From: Minutocellus sp. GHC0000111
Taxonomy: Eukaryota
Assembly (NCBI GenBank): GCA_977018835.1
Contig: OZ361257.1
Location: 1,240,001 to 1,304,000, forward strand
Reading direction: 5' to 3'
DNA length: 64,000 bases
The position numbers were made by a program, and so were the translations under genes. Numbering within the stretch: position 1 is the stretch's first letter; every line of letters starts with the position of its first letter. This document shows positions 38,023 through 50,075 of this stretch, in pieces. The notes below the pieces were generated by a model. The model did no database searches and was not told the DNA's origin. It worked only from the letters and a program-made list of their open reading frames with translations.

Positions 38023-40645
38023 CACAGCCCCATCTCGTCTTGTTTCGCCGGTCGGATGAAGCGTTTTTCGGCAGAAGACGAACACTTCACGAAGAAACCC
38101 ACCAAAACCCAATCTCGTTCGTCACCCATTCTTTGACCGTCCAACTCCATGGTGGTCCGTCGGCGTTGCGCCGGCGTATAACTATATTTTCGTACCAAAC
38201 ACGCATTCATCATCATGTTTGGATGTAGTTGAAGCTTACTGTGTCCTCAGATTGGCCTCCGCTGCGTATCAACGCCACGAACCATCGGCCTACTTTTCCT
38301 CCATCTGTCGGCCGTTCGTTTCTCTGGGGTGGTACCATTGCTCCGTCTTTGTGCTCGTCGTGCTCCCGTTGTGATCCCCAGACCCTCTGGTGCTTTCCCA
38401 CGTTGTTGTTGATGACAAACTGCCGGGATTGCGCCGCACCCCCCGCATGACCGACTCTCGCTGATCCCGACCGATCGCATCCCCACTCGACCTCCCGGAA
38501 TTCCGACAATAATTTTGCGCCCGAGAGGAGACAGATAGTATTGGGATATGTTTATGCAACAATCAACCCGACAAAGGGACTTTTTGGTCTGGGAGATAAA
38601 TGGGTGAGTTAAGAAGGACGTGATGTGTTTGTTTGGGTGTACTATTTACTTTTTTGCTCAATCGCGATACTGTTTGTAAAAGTTGGATTATGCAATTCAT
38701 TTGTTGTTGTGTAGTAGTAGTGTAATTTCATTTTCTAATTTTATACATGCCCTGCTCCCATCTCTACATCCTCATCTCCATCGGTGGCCATCATGATCAC
38801 TTGTTGGCGCTTGTCATCAGTTTCTGCTTTAACAGCTTCGGTCCTTGTCCTTTTCCTTGTTCTTGCCACCCGAGAGTTTCGCTCCCGCCTCTCCTCGACC
38901 TTTGGATTGGATGCCCTCTCCTCAGCCTTGAACTGCGCCGTCGGTTGGGCCTCATGTCCCTTGACGCCCTGAGTCCGACGATCTTCCTTAACGCCCTCTT
39001 GGTGGGCTCGCTCTACAAACGATTCGTCGAGCCAACAGATGCCGCCCCATCCATTCTTCACTAGCCAAATGTGTTGGTCCAAGATGTGATCTTCGAGTAA
39101 GTGCCACTTGGGCGTCATGCTAATGCCGATTGCCCGTGCTTGCTTGAGGGCACTTGCAATCAATGCTTCAAGCTCTCTCACAGCCTTCTTTGCCTCATCA
39201 TCCCATTTCATGTGCACCATTTCAGAAACCTGGAACACATTGCGTCAAGAGTGTGGAGCAAATTAGAGCAAGCTTTGCAGAGCTCTTTGATGTCGTCATC
39301 CGTCATGCCATCTTCCTCGTGATTGTGCTCTAGGAGAGTTCCTTAAGTGGAGGTGTTGTGGTGGATGAACTCTGTTGTCCTTGGTTTCTTCTTGTTGTTG
39401 CCATCAGAAATATTAATGGATAAAGCTCTCCAGCATTCTGCCAGCACTGCCCTCATTTTACCTGAGTCGGCCGCCTCAATGCCGGCCTTTTTCAGGAAAT
39501 GGAAGTGAGGGGCATCGTCATCCTCGGCATCATCGACAGCTCCCATCTCTGGCTCGCCATCACCGTGCTTCTGACGATTGATTCTTCTCAAAGTGCTGCT
39601 GCATGCATGCTTCATGTGCAGCGTCCTCTCTTGCAACATCAGCTTCGTCCTCATAACAGGGCACACAGTCCTCGTCTTCGTCGTCATCGTCCTCACTGAT
39701 CTCGCCGGCCTCCGTCGTGGTCAGGGTGCCCACCGTCCCAACATCGTCGTCATTGTCCCACCCATCGTCCTGGCCATTGCACACCCACCAGGGAACTTCT
39801 GGGCCTCGAGCAACATCTGCCTGTTGATTTCGTAGTCCATCGCCGCACATCCCACTGCCATGTGTGGTGCGACCGACTTGAGGAATGCATTGCATGCCTT
39901 CGTCAAATTGAGCCGCGGCGGCGGCATTTCGAGGCGAAATTGTTGCTCGACCGTGACCATGTCGTCATGTCGAAAGCCAGCCATCCATCCATCATCATGG
40001 AGAGCGTCGGCTGCACAAGGATTGATAGAACCGAGGCGAACAAACATGCTCTTTTTGCATGGGGTTCGCTGAACGTCGTCGGCAAGGCAGTGTCTTGATA
40101 CCATTTCATCCCATCCATTCTGGTTGTCTGTCCTCACAAATGGCACATCGCAGTCTAGTCTTCGTGTTTCTTCTTCTTCAAACCCAAGGTGCCCGCAGCG
40201 TGCATGACGGCGCCGTACATGATGGGACTGCATCCCAACACATTCATCAAGGAGTCGTTGTTGTTGCCGATGAAATTGTAGTAATGAAGTTCCTTTCTGC
40301 GAAGACGGACGAGTAGTTCAGCCAGGGCGTCCTGCACCGCAACACTCTGTCTGCGGTGTTGACCGCGGGATTGCGGCCGTTATTTTTTTTGCTCATGGAG
40401 AGTTGTGGATCGAGACCAACGGGAATATCACCAGGATGTCGGGAGTACCTGGTTGGTCTCGTGCCGTAATTCTCCCACACCAGCGCGAGATATCGCCTTC
40501 GTTCTGCACGTAGCGGCGGCAATTTGAATTTTTGCCGCCATGGTGGCTCGCGTTGGGCGCGCCGGTCGGTTGCTTCGCGCGCCGGCCGGCCACCGAAAGT
40601 GCGACCAAAAGTATGCGAGTCATCCGGCTGGCAGATGGTGCTGTG
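38023..40645 (-). mobile_element. Internally deleted CAC-ended DNA transposon of the RAG1/Transib/Chapaev type with asymmetric ends
   Basis: Left end CACAGCCCCATCT and right end (reverse strand) CACAGCACCATCT match at 12 of 13; both are followed by CGGATGA; GG on both flanks; encloses a transposase remnant. Confidence 0.75.
38741..40396 (-). pseudogene. Decayed RAG1/Transib/Chapaev-like transposase (N- and C-terminal parts; core apparently deleted near 39345)
   Basis: TPKWHLLEDH...GGICWLDESFVERAHQ aligns with the H-x4-H zinc ligands and catalytic Glu of RAG1 (HKTLAH...GSIGAWASEGNESGNK) and with Chapaev ERFHQ; many stops and frameshifts. Confidence 0.7.
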
Positions 40646-43600
40646 GGAGGCGGCCACAGCAAAACACGTGCGTAGAAACGTGCGGTCTGTCGTAGAACCT
40701 GCTACTAAATCATTTTCGGTAGTGCCACGTCATTTCGAACCGACCAAACCTGCCCATCTCTTTTCACAAAAGTAACGCGCAGCTCTAATCTCATACCCCA
40801 GACGACCACCAAGATGACATGCAACCACCATGCCCGCCTCAGTATCCCTTCTCTACACATGTGCCTTGGCTAGTGAGTCGTCATTCTGAGCCTCTCGCTC
40901 CTGAAACTGACGAAAATCGACTTTCGGCGCATGTCACCGACCGACCTCGACCTCCACGACAGCTACAATCGCAAAGAAAAGTAACGACGACGTCAAGCTG
41001 ATGAGAGAATGCCGACATTTGACGACTTAAGATCGCCCTGATGGTGTTGTCGAGAGGCGGTGAGGCAGTGGTGTTGAGTTCGTACGCACAAGAGTCGTGA
41101 AACGCCGGCACCCTCCAAAAATTCTGCAATCAGGTTTCGTCTCAAAACCGGCTCTCAATGTAAATGTGACCTTATTGCTCGAAAAAATCCGCTAAGAGTG
41201 TCTATGCAACTTTTGACATTTCGCTACCATGACTCTACTGGGGCGATATACGTGCTTCTTCTGCGGTTTGGGTATCACCAAGCGGATCAATTCGTTGAGG
41301 CTTTGTGGATTTGCAGCAAGTTTTCCGGTGATGGGACAAGCGCCAACATCAGATGAGGTACAATAGTTCTTGAAATTGAACCCTGGGACACTGATTCTCG
41401 TTCAATCCGGCCAAGGTATGTAATAGAGAATGGAAGTGTATGTGTTGATTGTTGAGTTTGTGTTTGGAACCCATTGCATTCTCACACAATGACAAGTAAA
41501 ACCGAAACTTCCAGATTCTCCTCAACTTCTCCACCGCAATATCATAATTGCCACAGGTATACCATTCTTCGCCAAATCGATGATGTCGAGGCTTCCATTT
41601 GGACGGCATGTACCCACGATGAGGTCCGATGGCAATCTTTTGGCAGTTGGGTCGATAGTTCGGCCAAACTATGTCATGTTGTCATTTTTAGAGGGTAACT
41701 TTTATTGTGCTGGGAGGTCAAAAATACCAAGATGACGATTGTTTGGGTCCATGCGCGTCCATTCAACACACCAGTACCTTATTCCCGCCCGGATATGATA
41801 TAAGGTGGCTCATTGATGGAAAGTTTCGCGGGGTTGCTTGAAAGATTGACGATTTCATGAGCATCTGAATGTTTCGTGGAGGTCGACGCCTGATGTCGTG
41901 GGGTGCTGATCCCAAATTCCAATGTTGATACTGAACTACAAGGAATCACAACTACTCGATAAGAAGGGCATTAAACAACGGTCCTTGATATACCCGAGCG
42001 GCCTCCATGCTAATGAAAAGTCCTTTGTGCTGGTAAGGAAAGTAATGGAGGCAAATGGATGTGAAAATCTGACGATTTTATTGTAAACCTCGGCGGTCGT
42101 CGACCTCCACGAAGAGTCAGGGCCTATAACTCAACAAATAATCACGAACTCAATAACACTCTCATAGTCCCACCTCAGGGTGTTTATCTAGTGCGACTCT
42201 ATGGGTAGTAACTTTGGTAGAATGGCTTACTTGGCTATTTATAGATGTTGCACTATCTGAGAGTAAGGTCGGGGCCGTCGGCAGCCCCGTTGCAGCTACT
42301 GCTGATGATTGTGGCTACTAAGCTTCACAGAGTGGACAAGTATACATCATCTATGTAAAAATAACTTCTTATATGTATTTATAATGGAACGAAAACAAAT
42401 AGAATACTCTTGGTTGCATAAGCATGCCGATCTATCACCATCCTCTCTCAGCAAGGTTGAACTCCTGCAATTGGGCTGAGGCCCCATAAAAAATTGAATG
42501 CAGTCAATAAATTGATGACCATAACTCGCAGCAACCCAATGAAACTCATCAAAAGTCAAAAGATACATACAATAGAAAGGTATCTGCATGGAAGTGTTCA
42601 CGAGTTTGCTTGCACGGGGCGAATAGTATCAATTCCATGTCTGCAGTTCGAGGCGCCTTCGCTTCCAGCCCGTTTCATCCAGAAATCCCACATGCACCGA
42701 GAAGACATGATACCTGCCCCCGTTCTTCACCACCAGGCAATTTCCAACATCCTCACATATGAAGGTGTACGACAGAACCAATGAATCCAGTGAAAATCCA
42801 TCTACATCCATGTTGTCGGCACCGACAGGTCCACTTTGTGGTCAGATTTCTGTCTCGAGCATGCTCATTCAAAGTCGATTGAACGCCTATTGACGCAAGA
42901 TGGGCCACCTGTAAGGAAGTTCGGAAGGACCCATCGACCCACATACCCTTCAATGCCACGGCCCTAACCTCAAGCTACTTGGATTGGTCGTCACTCGATC
43001 ACATGTGCTGCAATTGTCACCGCAAAACATCTGGTCGGGCTGCCGTCAATTCTCGGGTTGGTCTGTAAATTTTTTTAGCTTGCGCTTCTCTTTCGCCACA
43101 GACATGGTGGCTACTGTCTCAAATTCAAGGGGGGTCTGGAATGTGGCCGAGGATCTTAAGTTTGAATTTGAGACTGTAGTGAGCGGGTCGGTGTTGTGAT
43201 ACTGGAGGCTCATGTCGGGTAACACAATCGAATCAAAACTTGTTCTTGCGTTTTTGCTTGCTTTGTGCGCGATGTTGTCGGACAGATGAAGGTGCGCGCT
43301 GAAAATGTCTTTTACCTGCTGCACATGCTTGGGTGTTTGCACTTTATCTCACTAGTAAAATTCCTTACATTTTGTGTCAGATTAATTTTTCTACGTAGGA
43401 ATCAGTACATTCCTACCACAGACGAAGGCTGTTCTGCTGCGGGCGGCGGCGGCGGGAGGCTACGAGTTGGTACGTACGTATATAATACGTACGTACGAGA
43501 TGAAGACTGTTGGGCCTGCTGCCCGCTGCATGGTGGGAAAAAGTGGTTGGTCGGTGTTGACATTTCGTTTTCTAGAACAGTAACACCGGCATCGTTATTT

Positions 43601-43879
43601 GATTAATGTGAAATACAGTTAGCTTTTACGCCTGCTCCCATTGCCTCGGGTTGACCTGAATGGTCATCTCCCCCTCTGTCATAATTCCAGACCCCACAAT
43701 TGTCTTGCGCACGCCATGCGCCAGCCAACGAGAGGATTCTTTTTCAACATCTGCGCCTCCTGAATCGCCTTCGGACTCAGCAGTTCGTCACCCTTGCTCA
43801 CAGCCACGACGCACTGGATGAAAATGGAATACGGAAATGAGTTGATGAGAGAACACATATTCCGCATGTTCCTAATAAA

Positions 43880-45230
43880 ACCATAAAAACAAACATTCAC
43901 TTGTGCGGTCAGTGTCGCATGTCTGCCTGCCTCAACTTGCCGTTGCACACGTGCCATCGGCCCCGCAGTCTCCCAATCAAAAAATTCTTGTTCAGTGTCA
44001 AATTCATTGATCTTGGTGACGCCGAGGCAGTCCCAGAGACTGGTGGCACTGTGGTTGTTGACAGCGATGTCTTTCGTGACGATCTAGCCGCGCCTTGGGT
44101 GTGGCACTTGGGCAGCTCTTTGGAGTCACTGACGACAGTGACGAGGATGGAGAAAGAATCCATCAGCTGGAATTTGTGCCTCGCTCAATATTTCGTTTGT
44201 TGGACAACCTGGCCTCCAGTGGCCAAGGAGCGATTTTTGCCGGCACACATTCCTCGGTAAAAGAAGTTGTGAGAGATGTCGACTACATGCTGGATGAGCC
44301 CGAGACTTGTCTCTTTGATCCCCATTTGAGTGAACAAGCAATGTCTATATTAGATGAGGAGGACAACGATGGTGAGGTGCAAAAAATGAACAACAATGCC
44401 GACAACGGTAACATGAGTGAGACTGACAGTGTGAGTGCTCTGGACGACCATGATGCGGCGTCTGTTGTTGAAGAATCGTCGGCAAAATCAGCCGCTTCGG
44501 TGACAACTGGTGCTGAGAGATCCGTCTCGTCATGCGCCAGTTTGTGTGGTGCAGGAAGAGAGAAGGATATCTCGCAGGGAGATGCGGAAGGCCTTTTGGT
44601 GGCCGGCTGCTCTCTGCATTAACTTTTGTAGGAAGCGCGGGAAGTGGCAATGCTGCGTCCACAGGCCTTTTGGTTCTTGAACATGCAACAAAGTTGGTCC
44701 GTTCTCTCCAGGAATCCATGCGTGGAGATGGAGATAATGATGCGTGCGCAATTGAACAGGACGTGGTTGAAAACCTGGCCGCAGAAGGACGATATAATTT
44801 TGTTTGGTTGACCACCAAGTCGGACGCACTAGCAAAGTCGCTGGCTGGACTGGCTGATGCCATCGAACCTGGTGGCTGGTTCCTGGCAACATTTTTTGGA
44901 AAAGCTGATGATGACGATGCGACCACTTCGAGCGCTTCCGTAACCGCATCAAATGCCGTGATGTCGAAATTCAGAAGCTTTGTCGGCATGGATGGTGTCC
45001 CACGAAATGATGGACGAGTTGCAGCGTTGCTGGATCCTACAGGCATGTTTGATTGTTCAACTTGTAAATCCAAGAGCGTCGGAGACATCAACGTTTGCGT
45101 GGTGCAAAGAGGCAGATAAAAGATGGTTCACCGGCACCCATCGCCTATCGGCACGGTCTCTAGCTAGATGTCTTTAAAGAACTAACTTATCTAGTCTGCC
45201 AATTTGACATGTGTTTCGCAGATTAGCGGC
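43880..45230 (+). pseudogene. Fragmented coding-like region of unknown family
   Basis: Overlapping 119, 175 and 195 aa ORFs with protein-like composition in successive frames; no recognisable motif. Confidence 0.35.
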
Positions 45231-45378
45231 ATGATCCGGAGTTCTCTCTGTGGCTGACCACCAAACAGCAGGCGTTGGTTGCCCGGCAGGATTCCTACAA
45301 TCATTATGACGTTGCAGAAAATTACGTAGCATGAAGACGAACGGACGCGCCGGACAGACCGGCTGCAACCATCGCATT

Positions 45379-45637
45379 CACAGCACCATCTGCCAGCCGG
45401 ATGACTCGCATACTTTTGGTCGCACTTTTGGTGGCCGGCCGGCGCGCGAAGCAACCGACCGGCGCGCCCAACGCGAGCCACCATGGCGGCAAAAATTCAA
45501 ATTGCCGCCGCTACGTGCAGAACGAAGGCGACATCTCGCGCTGGTGTGGGAGAATTACGGCACGAGACCAACCAGGTACTCCCGACATCCTGGTGATATT
45601 CCCGTTGGTCTCGATCCACAACTCTCCATGAGCAAAA
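45379..45637 (+). repeat. 259 bp inverted copy of 40387-40645 (12-type transposon end through the ATG)
   Basis: Only two mismatches seen by eye; both copies run from CACAGCA to ATGAGCAAAA. Confidence 0.95.
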
Positions 45638-46735
45638 TGGCAAAGACGATGCTGTGAGCACGAGTGCCAGTGGTGCTCTTGAAACACCCCCAAGCGCACC
45701 CCCAAAGCTGAAGGAGGTGGCGCTAGTGCTGGGAAAGTTGCTGCTGCTCTTGCTCCTCCTGCTGCTGTTGCCAGTCAGAGCACTGTTGCCATCAGTTCAC
45801 CTTCAAAGTCACCATCAAAACAGCTCAACCTGGACATTCTTGACATCAAGGTGAGACCAAGGACGTTGTTGTCCAGAAGCACAACAGTGCCAAGGAGGCC
45901 CGTGGTGGTGGAGCCAGTGGCTACAAGCTCACACAGTGAACCTCTCTGGTGTGGTCACAACCTCAGGCAGAGCCAAAGTTGTGGGTGTCGTCAACAACCT
46001 CGTAGACAGGCGCAATGCCCCTTGCTGGATTAATTCTTAAGCCTGATGTTCTCATTGACACTCTTCAAGCTTTGACCGAGAACCCCCATCTTGCGTGCGT
46101 CTCTGACCTTGCAAAGAGTGCCAAAGAGTTAGGTTCCTTTGCGCGACATTCCTTGCGGTGCTGATGTTGGGAAGCTGTCCTGCTCCAAGACTGGGTCAGC
46201 TTTTCCAATCACAACCACCATGTTTTCCCTGGACGTGTCAGAGAAGATTCGCCCTCCTGCCGAGGAGGCTGTTTGCCTGGTGCAAATGTTGCACGAAGTT
46301 GTGACATCCAAAGTGTTCAAGGAGGCCTGCACTGACATGATGGTGAACGGCGGTGGGCGGTGGGCCAAGCTTGGCTCTCAGATTGAGCAGGACAACCACT
46401 CCTGTTGGGTCATTTTCAAGGGGTGCAACCTGGAGGTTGTTGATCCTTCACCCCTGACTGAACACAGTTTTGATGGACAAAGACATCAAGGAAGCCATGT
46501 CCTTCTTGACTGACGGCGTTCCCCCTGGACGCTGGGCTGCCGATGCTTCGTTGCGGCAGTTTTGATGGACAAAGACATCAAGGAAGCCATGTCCTTCTTG
46601 ACTGACGGCGTTCCCCCTGGACGCTGGGCTGCCGATGCTTCGTTGCGGAAGATTGCTTACAAGGATGGGAGCACTCCAGCTGGCACGTTTGCGGAGGAGT
46701 GAGGAAGTGAAACTTTGTTCTCAGGGTGGCTGCTT
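45628..46735 (+). pseudogene. Decayed cargo ORF behind the second transposon end
   Basis: Starts at the repeat-supplied ATG; broken frames such as 46139-46513; TpA- and CpG-poor; not visibly similar to the transposase. Confidence 0.4.
46465..46648 (+). repeat. 92 bp tandem duplication, apparently exact
   Basis: CAGTTTTGATGGACAAAG...CTTCGTTGCGG at 46465 and 46557. Confidence 0.95.
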
Positions 46736-47853
46736 TCTGGTGGATTAAAATACTTTGCATTGTCTTAGGTAAGGGCTTGATCACACTTCAACCACAAAAA
46801 AAACACCAAACACACAAACACAAACACAAACCACTGTAAAACAAATGAAAAACGTTAAGCGCAAAAGTCATGAAGGAGGTCAAACACTCAGTCACAAATT
46901 CAGTCAGACCCCATTTTGCAATCAAAAAATCAAAAACTGTAATCAAACTACATAGTGATCAAAAAAGCCCCTCTTGTTTTTGCACCTGTTTGCTCCTCAC
47001 TGTGTGCTTCAACTTCTGCTAGTGCACCTCTCACTCATTTTTGTGTTCTTCACCTCCAGTTTTGGCACACATGGCATCTCTGTCAGTGATGCCAGACAGG
47101 AGAAGTCTGTTCTTCCCCCCCCTTTCAGGCCTCAAAAAGCCATTGCTGTGTCAACTCCCTGTGCTCGTGCACTCGCCTAGTGTTGACGAGGTGTCAATGG
47201 CTTGCAGCTCAACCAGCGTGTTCCAGCAACACAGGAGGCTCTTCAAGATGATGAGAAGCTGCATTGTTTCCTTAAATGTTGCCGAGATTGGGAGCACAGT
47301 GGAGCTGAGCAACACAGGGAACACTGTGTTGCAAAGCCCTCAGTTTTTGTGACAGCCCCATCTTGGTGCTTGGTGCTTGAAGTCAGCCCTCTTGGTGTGC
47401 CATCAAAGGGGTTTAGCTACTTTTTCATGGACAAGAAGGTAAAGGAGAAGATGAGCTTTGCTCTTTTGCACCAGACGCTAAAGCGTGGGCTGGCAAGGGC
47501 TTCCCTCAGGATGAAGCTGATGCCAGCAGCGCACAGCCCATGCCTGGTGAGGCTGTCTGCCAGCTTGGTTGCCGGCCCCAAAGAAGTTTGGTCAATCAAG
47601 GTCCGGTCACCCTTTAAATTGCTATTTGAGGTCAAGGTGAAAAGGACCTGCAGTGGCGGAACTTGTGGCTTCAAGTTGTGCTTGCCACTGAGAAGCCAGC
47701 AGGACGGGGCACAGTGGACATTGACTCTCTTCATGATGGGAACCCATGCCTTACGGTTTCAGAGGATTTGTAGAGGGCACACCAATAACCCCTAAAAAAG
47801 GTCATTCTTGCACCCATTTCTCATTTCCCACCACGTGTTTTGAGTTCCAGCTT

Positions 47854-48569
47854 TAGGTGAGCCGCTCGACCCAAAAACTGGACATTCGTCTTTCCGTCGT
47901 CCGTGTTTCCAACGCGGCGAAGTACGGGAAAAGTCGCAATTTCCTGCCGGACCAACTTTTCCCCCTGAAATATGGCAAAAAGACTTGATCGAGCCGGCCT
48001 GCCTCGCTTACGTCCCCATTCTAGACACATTCAAGGTTGGGGACATCGAAGGTCCGGCTCGAAAATTCCGCACACAGGCTGAGCTATCGAGGGGGAAAAA
48101 TCACGCACAAAAAACGATGACGACGCACGAAAATTTGCTCTCATTGGCGGCCGATTCGGGGGCGGATACGAACAAAAACCACAACAATCAACCATACAAA
48201 CATTTTCATACATATCTTGGGCGCGTATCTCTGCAATTCTGGGTGGATTGGGCGGCTGTGGCTCTCACGGTATCACTTCTCATCCGCGGCCCTTTTTCGC
48301 GTACTCGAACACAGGTTGATTGTTTTGATTTATATTTTCTCATACAATAGCATGCCAATCAAGCTGAAACTTTCGCATGCGTAGCGCAATGGTATCGGCC
48401 AGCCTCGGGAATGCCCATATCTTACCTTGCAAATGTGTAGCGGCCAGGAGCGGGGGTCACCATGATGAGCTTCGTTCGGGAGAAAAAATGGACGGACGTC
48501 AGTCTTTCCGTCGTCCGACAACGCGAGCGAAGTTAGCAAAATCTCCAATGTCCTGAAGTGCCTCACCTA
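47854..48569. mobile_element. Candidate non-autonomous element
   Basis: TTTAGGTGAG at the left and CTCACCTAAA at the right; 16 bp direct repeat GTCTTTCCGTCGTCCG near both ends (47888, 48502). Confidence 0.35.
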
Positions 48570-49554
48570 AAATGGGACCAACTCAATGTGTAGATCTACA
48601 TGTAGTGGTTTTAGAAGGCAGTTTCAACACTGTGGCACTTCGTGCTAGTTTTCTTTGGGAAACACTACGGCACTTCGTGCTGCTATGTTCGCGTGTCTTT
48701 ACGCGCGGGGAGCACTTTGGTTGTGTGGAATGGAAGCGATGCGCTGGACGTTTTGATGTGCTGGTTGGCCGTTTGACGTGCTGGTTGTTGGAAGACATGC
48801 TGCTGCTGCGGCGGCGGCGCACCGATCCGATTGCAGCACTCTTGAATAGTTACAATTAGTTTAAAAAATTTAAAGATTCACATAGAGGAGTGAGTGGTGT
48901 AGCAGCATGTCAAAAAAATGAATGACATGCTGAAAATGTTGACACGCTGACGGTGATGAATTGTGCAAGATTCGTCATGCATTCAGATTCACCTGTCATT
49001 GCCTCTCGGAAGAGACGCCAATTATCATGGGCATTGTAAGTTCTGCACTGTGTCGAGGGGAAGGGGTACAAGTTTCGGCTCTATCGATGTCTCCATCTAA
49101 TGAATGGAGACGATGACGCTGAGAACTGGAATGAGTTAAACATTTCGTTGAGTGACGACGAGTTGGAAAGGTGTTTTCCTGACACGGGCATAGTCGACAT
49201 GGAGGATGAAGTGGAATGGGATGAAGTGTTTGATGAATTGAGTGAGCAGCACTTGATGCTCGACTCGAGCGTTGAATCCTCGAGAAGTGATGCCAGTCAG
49301 TCTTCTCGACGGCATCGAGTTGGCAGAGAGTGAATCGGCTGAGGATTTTTCAGTCGGCATTATCGAGGTGTTAGAGGCAGTCGAAGCTGCTGAGATCATT
49401 GCCGATCTCTCAACGTCGAGGGAAGCATTTTCCGCATTTGACGATGGAACACGTTGTGCGGAATGCAATCGCGAATTCGACTCGGAGGGGGTTTAGTTTG
49501 GAAGATCCACTACAATAATTGCGCGTCGTGTTCGGTCTCCATTTGTCCCGCCTG

Positions 49555-50075
49555 TTATTTGGTGGTTCGCGGTTGATGAGGTTTGATGTGCTGCCACTGC
49601 CGCTGTGGTGTGATTGCTGCTGCGGCTTGACATGCTGGACGTTTTTAGACACATGCTGGTCTGTGTTGATGTGCTGCTGGCGGTTGGTTTGATCAGCTGC
49701 CGCTATGGATGAGAGGTTTGATGTGCTGCGGGGGTGGTCTGATGTGCTGCGGCTTGACATGCTGGACGTTTTGACATGCTGCCGCGGTTGATGAGGTTTG
49801 ATGTGCTGCCGCTGCCGCTGTGGTTTGATTAATGCTGCGGCTTGACATGCTGGATGTTTTTAGACATGCTGGTCCATGCTTGGCGTTCGTTTTGATGTGC
49901 TGGTCGATTTCTTGATGTTTGATGACATGCGGGTAGAATTGATTTGCTGCGGTTCGATACGCTGAACGTTTTGACATGCTGCGGGTGGTGAGTATGGTTT
50001 GATGTGCCGCTGCGGTTTGATTGCTGCTGCGGCTTGACATGCTGGTTGTTTTGACATGCTGCTGCGGATTTGATG
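49555..50075. repeat. Degenerate minisatellite
   Basis: Recurring GCTGCGGCTTGACATGCTGG, TTTTGACATGCT and GGTTTGATGTGCTG blocks; related motifs at ~48740-48820. Confidence 0.8.

Noticed and set aside
45430..45485. HDV-like ribozyme suggested by GGCCGGC
   Set aside because: I could not build the nested double pseudoknot from the sequence.
40387..45637. One 5.2 kb element with 259 bp TIRs
   Set aside because: The CAC termini lie on the inner edges, the outer edges end at an ATG with no target duplication, and the left copy pairs better with 38023.
47351..47363. GACAGCCCCATCT as the missing 23-type end
   Set aside because: Wrong orientation, first base is not C, and no CGGATGA follows.
49100..49496. 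Acidic ORFs as a gene
   Set aside because: Short, frameshifted, embedded in repeats; no motif identified.
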